This document shows, one piece after another, positions 1 through 12,524 of a stretch of 64,000 nucleotides of DNA (position 1 is its first letter; the number at the start of each line of letters is the position of its first letter). The notes beneath the pieces are model-generated. The model searched no databases. It was not told where the DNA came from and saw nothing but the letters and a program-made list of their open reading frames with translations. The DNA comes from Neophaeotheca triangularis (Eukaryota): assembly GCA_054600435.1 (NCBI GenBank), contig BAAIJX010000037.1:1-64000 (forward strand), in the 5' to 3' direction. A program made the position numbers and the translations under genes.

Positions 1-101
1 CGTCGAAACCGCCGACAGCATCATCGCCCACCACACCAGCAACCGCGGCCACGCCTCGGCAGCCCAACAACTCCGCGACACCGCCGCCTTCCACCCCACG
101 A

Positions 102-147
102 CCCCCAACCCCCCCCACCCCCCCCCCCCACCCCCCCCACCCCCCCC

Positions 148-240
<93 letters not shown>
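102..240. repeat. Near-pure poly-C tract (~140 nt), probably partly a sequencing/assembly artefact
   Basis: Coding-like sequence (frame 2: VETADSIIAHHTSNRGH...) degrades into an almost pure C run that stops abruptly at 240. Confidence 0.85.
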
Positions 241-277
241 ATGTCGTTTGTTCATGGAAGGAAGTTCGGTTTGTGCA

Positions 278-660
278 AACAGGGCTTATAGAGGGTAGGT
301 GGGCTTCTAGAACAAGGTTTACAACAGGGCTTATAGAGGGTAGTGCTATAGAGGTAGGGCTCTTAGGAGGAGGGCTTATAATAGGGCTTTTAGAGGGAGA
401 GCTTATAGAACAGGGCTTATAGAAGGAGGATTAAACAGGGGGAGGGCCTTTAGAGGTAAGGCTCTTAGAGGGACGGCTCTTAAGAGGGACGGCTTATAGA
501 AGGAGGGTTTGTGGAAACAGGGCTTGTAGCATAAGGCTTCTAGGGGGAGGACTTATGGTAGGGCTTGTGGAAGGAGGATTTGTGGAAACAGGGCTTGTAG
601 AAATAGGGCTTTTTAGAGGGAGGGTTTGTGGAAACAGGACTTGTGTAGGCCTTTGTAGAG
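278..660. repeat. Degenerate ~15-bp minisatellite, core (AAC)AGGGCTTRTRGA
   Basis: Recurrent variants agggcttatag, agggcttgtag, agggcttgtgg, gggcttctag, ggtttgtgg; no intact ORF. Confidence 0.75.
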
Positions 661-813
661 GTGTTAAGTAGAGCTAGCCTCTTGTGCGGCTTTTCATCCT
701 TGAGTGGAATTTTGAGTGTGGGTGTAGGTGTGAGAGTAATGGGTGTGAGTGTGATTGCAAGTGTGACTGCGAGTGCGAGGTTGCGTGCGAGATTGAGTGT
801 GAGATTGAGTGTG

Positions 814-869
814 AGGTGATGTGCGGCAGGTGATGTGCGGCAGGTGATGTGCGGGAGGTGATGTGCGGG
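814..869. repeat. 14-bp tandem repeat AGGTGATGTGCGGS x4 within a GT-rich low-complexity stretch
   Basis: aggtgatgtgcggc aggtgatgtgcggc aggtgatgtgcggg aggtgatgtgcggg read directly. Confidence 0.9.
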
Positions 870-1618
870 AGATGAGCTGAGCTGAGGCTGAGGTGGAGAG
901 GGAGAAGAGAGGGGGAGGACGAAGAGGTAAATACCAGCGGGAAACTGCTTCTTCGGGGAGGATCTCGTCTAGGGTGAGTGTTAGAGTGACTGTGAGTGAT
1001 TCAGGGGGTGACCAGGGCTGTGAGAGGTTTTTAAGGGAAACTCTGCGGGATCGAGGGGAGATTTGGGGGCTCAATAGGGGCTTCAGGGGACCTTGGGGGT
1101 TACTGGGAGCTTTGGGGAAGCTATGGAGCGCGGGAGGGAGGTTTTGGAGTGCTTTTTTGGGCTTCTAGGGGCCTTGTGTGGTGTTTTCGTTTTCGTTTTT
1201 GATTTTAAGTGTGAGCCTACTGGTATTATCTCTTACTCTTCGTATATATGGAGTAGTAGGTTTACCCTCTCCCGCTCTGCCTTGTACTTTTGACCTCGTA
1301 CTTGCATAAACTAGCAGATGATACCGCTGTTGACAGTAGCTAGGGTCAAGCGGGCTCGGAGCTGGGTACGTCCGATAAGATCAGCAGATGGAGAAGGATT
1401 GGGGGTTGCGGCGGTCTTGGAGAAGTGACTGCGGGAGGCGACGAGTGGGGTTGGATAAGAAGATGAGAGCAGATGTTCTGTCTTTGGCTTCTCCTGCCTC
1501 AGTCACCGACGCACAGTGAGCTACTAGTTAGTACCATTCAAGCCACTCCCTGGGAAACATTCTCAACAAACATTCTCACCCAAGCCACTGAGATCGCATC
1601 CCCAAACAGAAACACCCC

Positions 1619-3357
1619 TCACTGTTCCCCACCAACCCTGAGAGCAATCGGATCCCCCGCCCCCTCTAACTTGACAAAAACCGCCTTCGTCTCCAAACAC
1701 GCCTCCATAGCCCAGCCATACCCCTCCCTACCCTCTCCACTCCCCTTCCATCCACCAAAAGGCATATCCACCGCTTGAGTCGGACTCGTACAATTGACAC
1801 CCACACTCCCCGCTTCGAGAGCTTTGGCGACTCTCAAAGCGCGCGAGATGTCCGCGCTGTAGACGGCGGCGTAGAGGCCGTATTCGGAAGCGTTGGCGAG
1901 GCTTAGAGCGGCGGTTTCGGTGGTGAAGGGGGTTAGGGTGGCGAAGGGGCCGAAGACTTCGTCGGTCATGGGTGGTGAGGATGCAGGGAGGGAGGTGTAG
2001 ATTGTTGGCTCGATGAAGAGGCCGGTGCCGGTTTCTGCGGGGCCTTGGGTTGTGTTGGAGGTGGTGTTGTTGGGGTTGTGGGTGGTTGCGTGGCCGCCGG
2101 TCTCAAGGATAGCGTTGGGGGTGTTGGAGGCGAGGGATAAGTAGTGTTTGATGCGATTGTGTTGGGCGGTGTCGGCTTGGGGGCCTTGGGTTGTGGTTGG
2201 GTCGAGGGGATCGCCGAGTTTGGTTGCTGTGTAAGTTGCTAGAAAAGCGGTTTTGAATTGGTCGAAGATGCTTTCGTGGATGTAGATGCGGCTGTTGGCG
2301 GCGCAAACTTGGCCCATGAGTAGATGCAGGGAGGCTGCTGTTTCTGCCGCTGCCTTCTCGATGTCCGCGTCGGGGAAGATTATCACGGGGGTTTTGCCGC
2401 CGAGTTCGAGAACTACGCGTTCTGATTTGGAGTTAGCTATTGCCATACGCGATGGGAATCGGTGTTGGGCGTACTCAGATTGCTCTTTGCCGCTGCTTCT
2501 TGAATCTTTCTACCTGTAGCTGTACTCCCTGTGAAGTTAATCATGCGTATGTCCATGTGCGAGGACAGTGTCGCGCCACAGGGTGTGCCGTGACCGGAGA
2601 GGACATTGACCACTCCCGGTGGGAAGCCAGCTTCATGGACCAATGTGGCGAGCTTGGCTGGCTGGTAATTAAAGTCAGCAATAATCGAAGAACATATCAA
2701 TGGAAGGCTCAATTAGCCACTTACAGACAGAGGTGCCTTCTCGCTGCTCTTGAGTACGACAGTGCACCCTGCTGCCAGAGCCGGCGCCAATTTATAACCG
2801 AACATCTAGTGTAGGAGCACTAGTAAGACTCTTCCGCCACCGCCAGTATACGCTACCCCGAGGAAGAAGAAACTCACAATCGTGGGCGCATTCCAAGGAA
2901 TTATAGCGGCCACCGGCCCGATCGGCTGTTTGAGAGTGATATTGACAAAGCCAGGCGTGTTTAAACTCGTGGTTCCTTTGGCATCATACCCAGCTTCAGC
3001 GTAATGCTCGAAAAGCCCGGCAACGTAATAGGGGTCGAAGTAACTTGAGACCGGTCTACCCATTGCCATGGCATCGAGCTGAGCGAGCTCGGTTGCGGCG
3101 CCGCGGATCAGGGTCGCAAATTTCTTCATGTACCCTCCTCGAGAGGGAGGGTCGAGGCTGGACCATGACGGGAATGCGTTTCTGGCTGCTTCGACGGCGC
3201 GGTTGGTGTCGGAGACGCTGGCTTCGCTGACATCTGTGATTTTTTCACGATTGTAGGGGGAGTAGATGGGGAAGGTCTTCTCGTCGGAAGAGGGGGAAAA
3301 GACGCCATTTATGTAGTGGCGGGTTTCAATCTTGTCTGAAGGGATAGGAAATGGCAT
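1619..3357 (-). CDS. NAD(P)+-dependent aldehyde dehydrogenase, 4 exons (3357-2878, 2805-2725, 2661-2475, 2421-1619)
   Basis: ALDH motifs IIPWNAP, KSSEKAP, FTGSTATG, LELGGK (catalytic Glu), GQVCAA (catalytic Cys), EVFGP, MPFGGWKGSG; three GT-AG introns join the ORF fragments in frame. Confidence 0.95.
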
Positions 3358-3722
3358 TTTGGCCGTACTGTTCCGATGGAGGATGGGTAAGGTAGAAATG
3401 TGTCGCGAAAAGGCGCTGATGGTGACTGTAAAGGTTCGAGGGGACGATGGCTCTCGCAGTGTACTAGAAGACCGAAACAGGAGGAATGATTAAGGAAAGG
3501 CAGTTCCTACTTATATTGCTGGCAGGGCGCTCTCCAGACACAATAGGTAGGTATGCGGAGGGCATGCAGTCAGCTTCGTTCCGGCTAGTAAGCTGACAGC
3601 TGACCGAAGTGCGATGCACTTTTTTATGGTGCCAGGGGGTTGGAGACTGAATCTAATATCAAGATGCTCTAAGGCCGGTGAGCCAACGTTAGTCTATACC
3701 TCGCGCTGACTGCATGTCCTTT

Positions 3723-3745
3723 GGGGGGGGGGGGGGGGGGGGGGG
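3723..3745. repeat. G23 homopolymer in the intergenic region upstream of ALDH
   Basis: Run of 23 G read directly. Confidence 0.9.
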
Positions 3746-4113
3746 CACCTGGCTGACCAATATCTCTTGGGTCTTACTATTCACGCGTTGGCAAGGGGTC
3801 GCAATGTCGCGCCTTACCCGGCATCAGGCCAGAATTGATTGCCATACTGAAGCTGACATATTCTAAGGGATGGGTTTGGTTATATGTATTGCTGTGAAGT
3901 AAAAAGTAGAGTACCGCAGAGTGAGGTTCGCATTGGCGCCGCAAAGTGGGGCCATTATGGTCAATTTCCGCATTGCACATTGCGCCAACGATAGCACTTC
4001 TTTCTCCTGGCGATAACATCCTCGACTGAAAAACTTCTACATAGTACCGCACCATCATTTGTTCTCTGCACTGTTGCAACCATAAAATACCCACCACCCA
4101 AAATCAGCCGTGG

Positions 4114-4555
4114 ATGTCCAGACCATGGAATGCCCTAATCCGGACTCACCACATCACCTCCCGGAAAAAGGTGGCCAAATTGAAGCAAGCGAGCTCCAAT
4201 TACGATGTCTATGCCTTGATACGGTACGGTGGTGCGCCTGGCGTGATGTACGTCGAGGGTGCGGAACGTGGTGTCACGGATTGGGTCGATTTCGTTCATG
4301 TATGATGGCGAGAATCCGTGCAGTCATGGCTTCACGTTGCTAACGCTCAAAAAGAATCTGCGTTACAAGCACTATCAGCTTGTTGCAAAGCCTGCTGAAG
4401 TCAAACTGGACGATGCCTCGAACGCAGCCGTAACGACTCCAAAAGCCGGCCTTGATGAAGCGGACTCTGTCAAAGAGTTTGGTCGTTTGTTGGAAGAACG
4501 AGGTGTTTATGCATGGTGGCGGCTTCACATGGGGTATGCTGGCAAAGACCCATAG
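4114..4555 (+). CDS. Small conserved protein resembling the RWDD2/DUF1115 C-terminal domain; 2 exons (intron 4300-4354)
   Basis: GTATGA...CTAAC...AAG intron joins ORFs 4114 and 4259 in frame; motifs IRTHHITSRKK and GAPGVMYVEG recall DUF1115 (SHHI...GKPGxxxVEG). Confidence 0.75.
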
Positions 4556-4658
4556 AGACCAAAACCCTCTCACGGTTTCGGGCGCGGAAACATAAGAGGG
4601 AAACAGCTGTGTCAGGATAGTCGGAATTCGCAAAGCATGTCGAAGCTTATCCATTGAA

Positions 4659-6057
4659 CTATGTCAGCCAACCCTCATCTCCACACGGAGCCATGTCCTG
4701 TTCGAACCGGATCATCCGATCGCGGAGCCAGCCTGACTTGACTCCTTCAGAGGCCTTGCCCAACCGGGCATCGATTCTGGACCTGCAGAGGCTCCCCTCG
4801 TCCACAGAATACTGCTTGCATTCCGCAACGCTTTCGCACTTGGCTCGGCATTCGTCGAGTGAGCCGACGATGCCTTCTTCATGATCGCACTCATTATTCC
4901 AGTCGTCACGCGTATGCTTCATGCGAGGCAGAATATACTGCTTGAAGACATCTTTGTGCCGTAAGAAGCGGCTCTCATTCTGAAAGCGAGTGGTTAGCGA
5001 CGAGATCTTGACAGTCACTCGCGAGCAAGAGCCTAACCGTTCGATTCAAAGCCAGCCAGCCTTGCTCAAAGTGCCACATATCCTCTATCTCGTCCGGCGT
5101 CATATGATGGTAGGAGACCACCGGATAGCACCACTGTCGCATGTTTGGATCCGCGATTGGACGCCCATCTGGTCGAGCGTAAGCGACTATCCCGGGATAG
5201 TCTCCTTGCATGATTGGCCAAGCATTCGTGAACTGGACGCCAGCGTCGTTGAAGACCTTGCCCAGCACACAATCTCCCGCCCAGTGGTTGTCGGTGTAGC
5301 TTTCGATTTCCCGCTGGTGAATCTCAAACCGGTCAACTACCAGCCGCATAGCTGGCTGAGACACCACGAAACCCGACCCGCCGTGTGCGAAGAGCGTATC
5401 TCCTATGAACATCTGGCTGCCGCTGTAATGGGGCTTGGTGTGATCGAGAACAGCGAGGTACTCCAGGAGTGATGCCCAGAGAAGGTATGTGTCTGCCTCG
5501 GCGAAGACATACCATTTCATGTCGGGATGATCGTGAAAAGTGCGGTTCATCATGGGCAAGAACTTCCACTTGTCGAGCTTCCAGCCTGGATTCTTGGACT
5601 TTCCAATCGATTCGATTGCTTCGCTGTCTGGCCCACTCAGTTCTGAAGACTCGAGAACGGAGCGTCCGCCTTGCTGGAGCCGTCGCCAGAGCTCGAAGTC
5701 GTCGTGGTCGTTCAGGATTTCCGGGCTCACAAATTCTAGGGCGTCGATGATTTGCTCGCTCTCGAATGATTCCTCGAAATCTGAGAAGATCATGTAGTGT
5801 GGATAGCATTGCAGCGTTGTCGACAAATGGACCGGTAGTCGGTCTTTGAGCTCCGTCGAGCCAGTCTTCAGCACTACTAATGTGTCTTCTGCTCCGGGTA
5901 GACTTCTGCAGGTTGATTCATTCTCTCGGAGATAGTCAATTCGTAAAGTTTGGATTCTTTTCGGCCTCCACTGGTCGCTGGTGTACCACATCATGATCAA
6001 TGCAATGCAAGAGGCAACCGCCAAGATCCGAAGTTTCGCAGTTTTACTATTAGCCAT
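4659..6057 (-). CDS. Glycosyltransferase family 31 (Fringe/core-1 galactosyltransferase-like), type II membrane protein; intron 5037-4980
   Basis: N-terminal anchor ILAVASCIALIMMW; GT31 motifs GWKLDKWKFLPM, KWYVFAEADTY, FAHGGSG, WAGDCVLG, VVSYHHM; the intron joins the 370-aa and 119-aa ORFs. Confidence 0.9.
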
Positions 6058-6833
6058 GTTTTCGTCGGAAAGGATGAGCAAAATCACTGAGTTCGATGAC
6101 GGTAAACCTTCGTATGAATTGCTTTATTGCACACGCAGAGATTGTATACAAGGTTGAGGATAGATAGATCTCTCACTGCCTCGGGGCCACAGCTGCAGCA
6201 GTATTGCGGCACAGCAGGCGCGAAGCCAAACAATCCCTGCAGGAGCGAAGCTGTTTCATGGAAGATCGCTTAACACAAGCTCGTCTGTACCGAGTCTAGC
6301 CTCTGGATGTCGAAAACGACAAAGTATGAGTCTGCACATTGCTTTAAATACCTAAGCGCCGGGATAGACATTGTTTCGAGGCCAGCGCTTAAAACAACAC
6401 GCACATTGGCTGCGGTACTTCCCGCTTTCACGTCAGGCTCTGCAGCCGTGAACTTCACTTTAAGTCAACTTCAGAGGTCGAGTTCCATGCGCCATGTCAA
6501 AGAGGCGGTGGATATGAGAGGTTCGCTAAAGACGAGGTAGCATTTCTGCATCATTGCCATACTATCAAGCGCCCTCGAAGATGCGGCAAGTCTCTTGCAC
6601 GCCGCACGCATGCCTCGATCCTCCTAATCTGCTACCTTGGCGACTCTAGAGTTCCTAAGAATGGCATACCATGTTGGCTGAGATGGATCATCGAAAGTGG
6701 GCATGCGGCGAGGTAGCAGCGTAAATGGAGGCAATAGGACGCTACATCTCTGCGCGCTTGAGTAACTTAACGGAGCGTCCTGTCCTTATTTTTTCGGTCT
6801 CCAAGCACCGCAAGCATCTACAACAAAGCAAAA

Positions 6834-7909
6834 ATGGGCCGCAAGACATTCGAGAAGTACAACAACACCTTGAAACTGTCTTCCATCGTTTCTTCGATAC
6901 TATGGACGGCAGCTAGTGGACAAACACCATCGCCTTTCGCCACTCTGTCGCCGGAGCCGTTCTTCCCTCCTAACCCTGCGGGCAGTGGAAGCTTCAGCTG
7001 GCCGTCAGGGGAGTCAACGACGTCGTTCACCGAAGGCTCCCTGATGAACGTGGAATGGACGACGGGCTTTCCGAGGGTGAACCTATGGCTGATAGCCAAC
7101 CAAACGTGGCATGCGCCGATTGGGATTGTTTGTAAGTACAGATGGGACCAGGCCTGATCGTTAGCTAATAGAAATTAGCAAACTATGCTGGCGGCTCGAT
7201 GGAGTGGACCGTCGAATGCGCGGACGACTGTAATGTGCCTTACATGTTTCGTGCGGTCAACGCCGCAGGCACGGCAGACGAGCAGAACCATGGCGGTTTC
7301 TACAGTCGTCAGTTCTGGATCAAGTCTACCGACAACTCCATACCCGTGGCCGCAAACTCACTCAGCACATTTACGAATACGCGCATGGAGCCGTCCGGGT
7401 CGTCTCTACCGAGAGTGACCCTAACATCGACCAGTCCAACTTGGGCGACTGCCTCAGTTCTAAACAGCGCGACTATTACCGAAATCTCCGCCACGACCAC
7501 AAAAGGTAGCGAAGGCGCAGAAGAAGAAGAAGAAGAAGAAGAAGAAGAAGAAGAAGAAGAAGAAGAAGAAGAAGAAGAAGAAGGGCTCGGCACACCGGCA
7601 CTCATCGGACTAGGCGTGGGACTCGGAGTCGGGTTCACCCTCTTGCTTATCGGCTCCCTCATCTTTTGTCGACGTTGGCGCCGAAAGGCAAAGATCACTT
7701 CAAGTTCATTCTCAGACGAACAGCATCGACGAGGACACGGGCAGCAGTTCCAAGCCCCATCAAAAACGCCACAGATGCATGAAGCGGAGGTCATGGAGAA
7801 GAAAACATACGCCGAAGCACCTGCTTGGAACACAGACCCTCAAGAGCTATCTGCAGAAACGCCTCTTGGACATAGTCGGCAGAATGATGGAAGCATGTGG
7901 CGTCGGTAG
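6834..7909 (+). CDS. Type I single-pass surface protein (~342 aa; Mid2/Wsc-like topology); intron 7132-7178
   Basis: Signal-like N-terminus, globular ectodomain, Ser/Thr-rich stalk, TM helix LIGLGVGLGVGFTLLLIGSLIFC followed by RRWRRK; GTAAGT...CTAAT...TAG intron is in frame with the 7199 ORF. Confidence 0.8.
7520..7582 (+). repeat. (GAA)21 perfect microsatellite encoding poly-Glu
   Basis: 63 nt uninterrupted GAA, in frame. Confidence 0.97.
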
Positions 7910-8370
7910 CGAGTTTAGGTTGCTCACTTGTGTACGAGTATCTCGGCCTTTATCAGAGACGATGTGATCGCCCTGTCCTATTGATGCCAAAACACGAGCC
8001 TTTGTTCTCTGTACAATGATAGGCCCAAGTTTGGTGTCACGTCTGACGCCTAGATCAGTTCGCCTGGTCTACAAGTCATTGTCCAAAAGGCATAAAGCCC
8101 GCCTTCGAGTGGGCTCGTCCAAGCACAAAGATCGAACAAGGAAGCATTGTGTACTGACTTCACCGTCGAACAAAGTCATTGTGCTTCTAGAGCCCCTGAA
8201 AAGAATAGCAGTAAGGCCTCACAGCATAAAGGTGTCAGGATTACCTCTTGTGCATTCAACATCAACCTTGCAACGCTTCTGGTAAGTTTTTGCAACTACA
8301 TTCCTCAGGACCCCTCACATCATTCCTAGACCAGACCTTCGCAACATCTGTTCCCAGCCACGTTATCATC

Positions 8371-9135
8371 ATGAACATTGACATGGATTTCCCCAAAAAC
8401 CTCCCCGACCTTCCACAAGAGATGAAATTGCTCATCGTCGAACAAGTCATCAGAGCCGAAGACCCCACGCCAAACGAGATTCGCAGACTTCTCACCAGGG
8501 TCGGAGCACTACGTCAACAGCATCTTTTCGAACATGCCGAGAGGCTCATCTTCGACGTCAACAGGATCCTCATCACCCTGGACAGCGGACTCGTAGACAA
8601 CGAAGGCAGGCTCATCCACGACTCCCCCCAAGTCCAACAGCTCGAGCGCATGAGGGAGCAGGTCAAGCACGTCAAGGTAAGAATCGACCTCGACCGTAAC
8701 CCCAACCCAGTACTAAGAATGAGGAACAACGCCAGAAACAAGGCCCTTATCTTTGCGACCTGGTCGTTCTTCACGCGTCTCGAGACCTTTGAGATCAATG
8801 TCGGATACCATCCTGACCACGACACACCCCAATCGCCCACCCAGGATAGTTTGGAGAGTACGTTGAACCATCTCGATCTGAGGCTCGTCTTGTGCTCCCA
8901 CCTTCATACGGCGAAGTTGCTCGGCGGCTCTTTCAGTGTGGACATCAAGCTCTCTTTTGTGCGTACTCCTCGAAGCTCCAGTGGCGACGCTGTCCAATTC
9001 AGCCTTGATGCGTATACCGAGGAGGAAGAAGAAGAAGGCGAAATCGTCCATCCTTTGTGGAATTATTGCAACTACCTGGGGCTGCTCAAAGACATGATGA
9101 ACGTCCCAAACGCCTCCGTTTGGCTCAAGCAGTAG
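8371..9135 (+). CDS. Hypothetical protein (~254 aa) with F-box-like N-terminus
   Basis: Long ORF with fungal codon bias; LPDLPQEMKLLIVEQVI resembles the F-box start LxxLPxEI. Confidence 0.65.
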   Translation: MNIDMDFPKNLPDLPQEMKLLIVEQVIRAEDPTPNEIRRLLTRVGALRQQHLFEHAERLIFDVNRILITLDSGLVDNEGRLIHDSPQVQQLERMREQVKHVKVRIDLDRNPNPVLRMRNNARNKALIFATWSFFTRLETFEINVGYHPDHDTPQSPTQDSLESTLNHLDLRLVLCSHLHTAKLLGGSFSVDIKLSFVRTPRSSSGDAVQFSLDAYTEEEEEEGEIVHPLWNYCNYLGLLKDMMNVPNASVWLKQ

Positions 9136-9563
9136 GGCTTTGGTCGTGTTGTGGGTGCGGTAAGCGAATATGTACTATTATTTAGAGAGGCTTGAAGAAT
9201 AATTTTGAAATAAGCTGCGTTCCTTAATGAATCGTACCTATTGTCTTCTCTTTCCACTGTCAATAACTAACGTGATCTTGTGAAACCTGAAACTTATATA
9301 AGCTTCCATGAGCTTTGGCGAGCTATTAGTAAGCACGGCATCCAAGTCTCTTCGCGGGCCGTCACGGTCTCCTGATGGCAAGCTCTACCCCGCTTTCTTC
9401 GGCTGCCCTCAAAGCAGACGACATTCGCGGGCCCTCCACTTCAAACGTCCATCATCCTCCACATTCTCTCCACGCATGGTCTGAAAGGACGATTGGAACC
9501 CAGGGGCTCCGATAACGTTAGCTGGTCAATGATGATAGCCAGAGAGGTCTGAGCGCTGTGGTC

Positions 9564-12524
9564 ATGGCTTATCTAACCCCGTCTGATGGAGGGCAAGACG
9601 CCGCGACGATGAGCCCGGAAGCAGCGAGAGGCAGTGATGATACGCCACACAACATTCGAGGCGGCGACGGCGACGACGAACCGGCGACGAAACGCCAGAG
9701 GTCGTCCGGCGGCAACAACATCGATGGAAGTCTTGCTCCATCCGCCGACTCCGCCACCAACCACCATGGGGATGCGGCCGGCCCTGAGACGGGGCAGAAT
9801 GGTCAAGCTGGCCAGCCGCCAAACTCGAGACTTTACATGTGTAGCAAATGTTCGAAGAGCTATGCTCGCCTCGACCACCTGAGCCGTCATGTCCGCATGC
9901 ACACTCAGGAGAAGCCCTATCAATGCCAAATCTGTACCAAGGCCTTCGCCCGTGCCGACCTTCTCAAACGCCACACACTTGGACATAGCAGAGATGATCC
10001 TCAGCAACGAGCCCCCGCCATCCAGCACTCGAGGGTTAGCCAGGCATGTGAAGCCTGTGCGAGTTTGCATTTGAAATGCGAAGAAGAGAAGCCATGTAAG
10101 CGATGCTCGAAGAAGAACATTCACTGTAACTACACGGCCAACTTTGTCCCTGCCCCTTCCGCCGTCGAGTCCAACCCAAGTCCGGGGACGTATATATCCC
10201 AGCAGTCGCATCAACCTCAACAACAGCCGCTGGCACCACAGCCAGATCACGGCCAACACTACCAGCAGCTTCAGCAGCCTCAGCAAGGCTATGCAAATGG
10301 CCTCCAACAGATGCCTTCCATCCAGAACTTACAGCAGATGCAAACACCGGTTCAACAGCCCATGCAAAGTCCAATGTCGTCTCTTCATCGGCACTCACTG
10401 CAAGATCAGCGCACTCAGCTTCCTCCAATGCAACCACAGATGAGCGTCGACGACACAATGATGCCTCCACCCCACACGGAAGGCGGTATGATCGATTATT
10501 TGAAGGACAAGAGAATGCCATTCGCGACTCCTACAACAGCAGGCAACCTTCAAGTCTTGAACGACTACCAAGCCCAGCAGCCGTGGACCCCTCGTGAGCT
10601 TTTCGACTTTGGTGTTGCAGATACCAATCTCGAGCTGAACGACCTTGATTTAAGCTTCCTTGACACTTACAACAATGCGAACCCATTCGACCTCCGCACG
10701 CCATCCATTGGCTATCCTACTACAGGCTCGGATATTATGCCTAGCTTCACTTCTGCAACTGTACCCCCACTAGACACAGGAGCACTGCCGAAAGCCTCAG
10801 TCTGGCGCTTCCGACCCCTGTCCAAGGACTCGGGGTCCGCGGAACAGGCCAACCTATCGCTGCCGACTCCGACAAGTCTCGACATCGACCGTCGAGTTAC
10901 ATGCGAGCCTCTATCGCAGACCTCGCGTGACAAGATCTTGGCCATGATACTGTCGAGTGTTAAACCAAACAATATCCCGAAATCTGTGGCATGCTTTCCT
11001 TCGATAGGACTATTGGACAGCTTGTTCCAGTTTTCTTTGACTTCGCCCGGCTCTCATGCTAAGCACTGGATACATGCACCAACCCTCCGAGCTGGACAGA
11101 CCCGACCAGAAGTGCTGGCAGCAATCATTGCGGCTGGCGCTGTTCTGACACCCGATGCCTCGATCCGAAAAGTCGGCTATGCTATTCAAGAAGCAATTCG
11201 CACGGCGATTCAAGTCCAACTCGAAGAAGATAATACCCTCATGCGAGATTTGCAGATTATGCAAGCGTCTCTTCTGCAGCTTAAAATCGGGCTCTGGTCC
11301 GGCGACAGCCGCAAAATGGAGCTGGCAGAAGGGTTTCAGCAGACGCTGGTCACTATGGCCCGGAGAGGCGGGCTTTTCAGGCGTGGTACCTATGAGCGAA
11401 TCGTCCCGTACGCCGAAGATCACGGCGATATCCTCGAGGGCAAGTGGCGGGATTGGATCAAACAGGAGAGCCGGAAACGTTTCGCACTGCACCTCTTTAG
11501 GCACGATCTCGAAGCTTCGGTCTCGTTACTGGTTTCGCCCTTAATATCCTACGCTGAGCTTTACCTTCCTTTACCAGAGTCTGAAGCGCTTTGGCACGCA
11601 CCTAGCGCTGAACAATGGAAATCCACTTACATGCGCTCGACGGCTCCACGCCACGACCACCAGCGTCAGCCCTCTCTCGTGGATTGCATTCAAGACTTAG
11701 ACGTGCTAGCTACCAAAGACATCTTCGTGGACCAGCGGCAAGCTTCCATGGCGGTTTTGGGGGCAGCCTGGCGTATGATCTGGGAGTACCGCCAACTAGA
11801 CTCCAGTATGAAGGAGCACTCGAGCCAGTGGATCAACGGCAATCTACTGATGAACAGCCGCCACAGCGAGCTGACCAAACTCCTCCAATACTTCCGCATC
11901 TCGTCCGTCGAAGACGCAAAAGTAACCCTAATCCTCGAACTCCTCCTCATGCACCTCCACATGTCCCTCGACGACGTGCACCTCTTCGCAGGAGTCGAAG
12001 GCGAAGAAGAAGCCCGTCGCGTCTACCCCTCTCTCGTCTCATGGACGCGCACAACCACCGCGCGCCAAGCCCTCTGGCACGCAGGCCAGGTCCTCCGCGC
12101 CGCTCGCGCTCTCCGTCAAGGTCTGATTTGCGACTTTGCAGCCATAGCCGTCTACCAAGCCAGCCTGGTCTTTTGGAGCTACGGCATCATAACCCGCGCG
12201 ACGGAGCCCACGCCCCCGCAGAGCCAACCCATAACCGCCTGGCTGGATTCTGCCGACGACGGCGGCGTGCAGCGCTGGATCATCAATGGTAAGGGCTCCG
12301 CGGCAATCAAGGTGTGGCACCACAACAACGGCTACAATGGCCAACAGCCTGCGCAACAGGCCGGTCTTGCTCAAGAGAGTTTGGCCATGATTTGTCATCC
12401 TGAGGAGGTTGTTACGGCTATGGTGGCGACTATGAGGCGGAATTATGATGGCACGAGGGCACCGCCGCTGGTGGACAATTTGGTGAATATCATGGAGGGT
12501 CTGCGGAAGGCTGCTCGGACTTGA
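9564..12524 (+). CDS. Transcription factor: two C2H2 fingers + Zn(II)2Cys6 cluster + Gln-rich region + fungal TF middle-homology region
   Basis: CSKC..H..H, TQEKPY linker, [39 protein letters not shown]-type middle-homology motif; intronless 986 aa from ATG 9564. Confidence 0.93.
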   Translation: MAYLTPSDGGQDAATMSPEAARGSDDTPHNIRGGDGDDEPATKRQRSSGGNNIDGSLAPSADSATNHHGDAAGPETGQNGQAGQPPNSRLYMCSKCSKSYARLDHLSRHVRMHTQEKPYQCQICTKAFARADLLKRHTLGHSRDDPQQRAPAIQHSRVSQACEACASLHLKCEEEKPCKRCSKKNIHCNYTANFVPAPSAVESNPSPGTYISQQSHQPQQQPLAPQPDHGQHYQQLQQPQQGYANGLQQMPSIQNLQQMQTPVQQPMQSPMSSLHRHSLQDQRTQLPPMQPQMSVDDTMMPPPHTEGGMIDYLKDKRMPFATPTTAGNLQVLNDYQAQQPWTPRELFDFGVADTNLELNDLDLSFLDTYNNANPFDLRTPSIGYPTTGSDIMPSFTSATVPPLDTGALPKASVWRFRPLSKDSGSAEQANLSLPTPTSLDIDRRVTCEPLSQTSRDKILAMILSSVKPNNIPKSVACFPSIGLLDSLFQFSLTSPGSHAKHWIHAPTLRAGQTRPEVLAAIIAAGAVLTPDASIRKVGYAIQEAIRTAIQVQLEEDNTLMRDLQIMQASLLQLKIGLWSGDSRKMELAEGFQQTLVTMARRGGLFRRGTYERIVPYAEDHGDILEGKWRDWIKQESRKRFALHLFRHDLEASVSLLVSPLISYAELYLPLPESEALWHAPSAEQWKSTYMRSTAPRHDHQRQPSLVDCIQDLDVLATKDIFVDQRQASMAVLGAAWRMIWEYRQLDSSMKEHSSQWINGNLLMNSRHSELTKLLQYFRISSVEDAKVTLILELLLMHLHMSLDDVHLFAGVEGEEEARRVYPSLVSWTRTTTARQALWHAGQVLRAARALRQGLICDFAAIAVYQASLVFWSYGIITRATEPTPPQSQPITAWLDSADDGGVQRWIINGKGSAAIKVWHHNNGYNGQQPAQQAGLAQESLAMICHPEEVVTAMVATMRRNYDGTRAPPLVDNLVNIMEGLRKAART

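Noticed and set aside
21..242. 73-aa poly-Gly ORF on minus strand
   Set aside because: Simply the translation of the poly-C tract
694..1293. ORFs 694-1074(-), 893-1168(+), 1093-1293(+)
   Set aside because: Low-complexity repeat sequence, mostly non-ATG starts, no recognisable motif
9564..12524. Calling the TF Cmr1/Amr1
   Set aside because: Domain order matches but the finger sequences and N-terminus differ from my recollection of Cmr1, and no melanin genes are nearby
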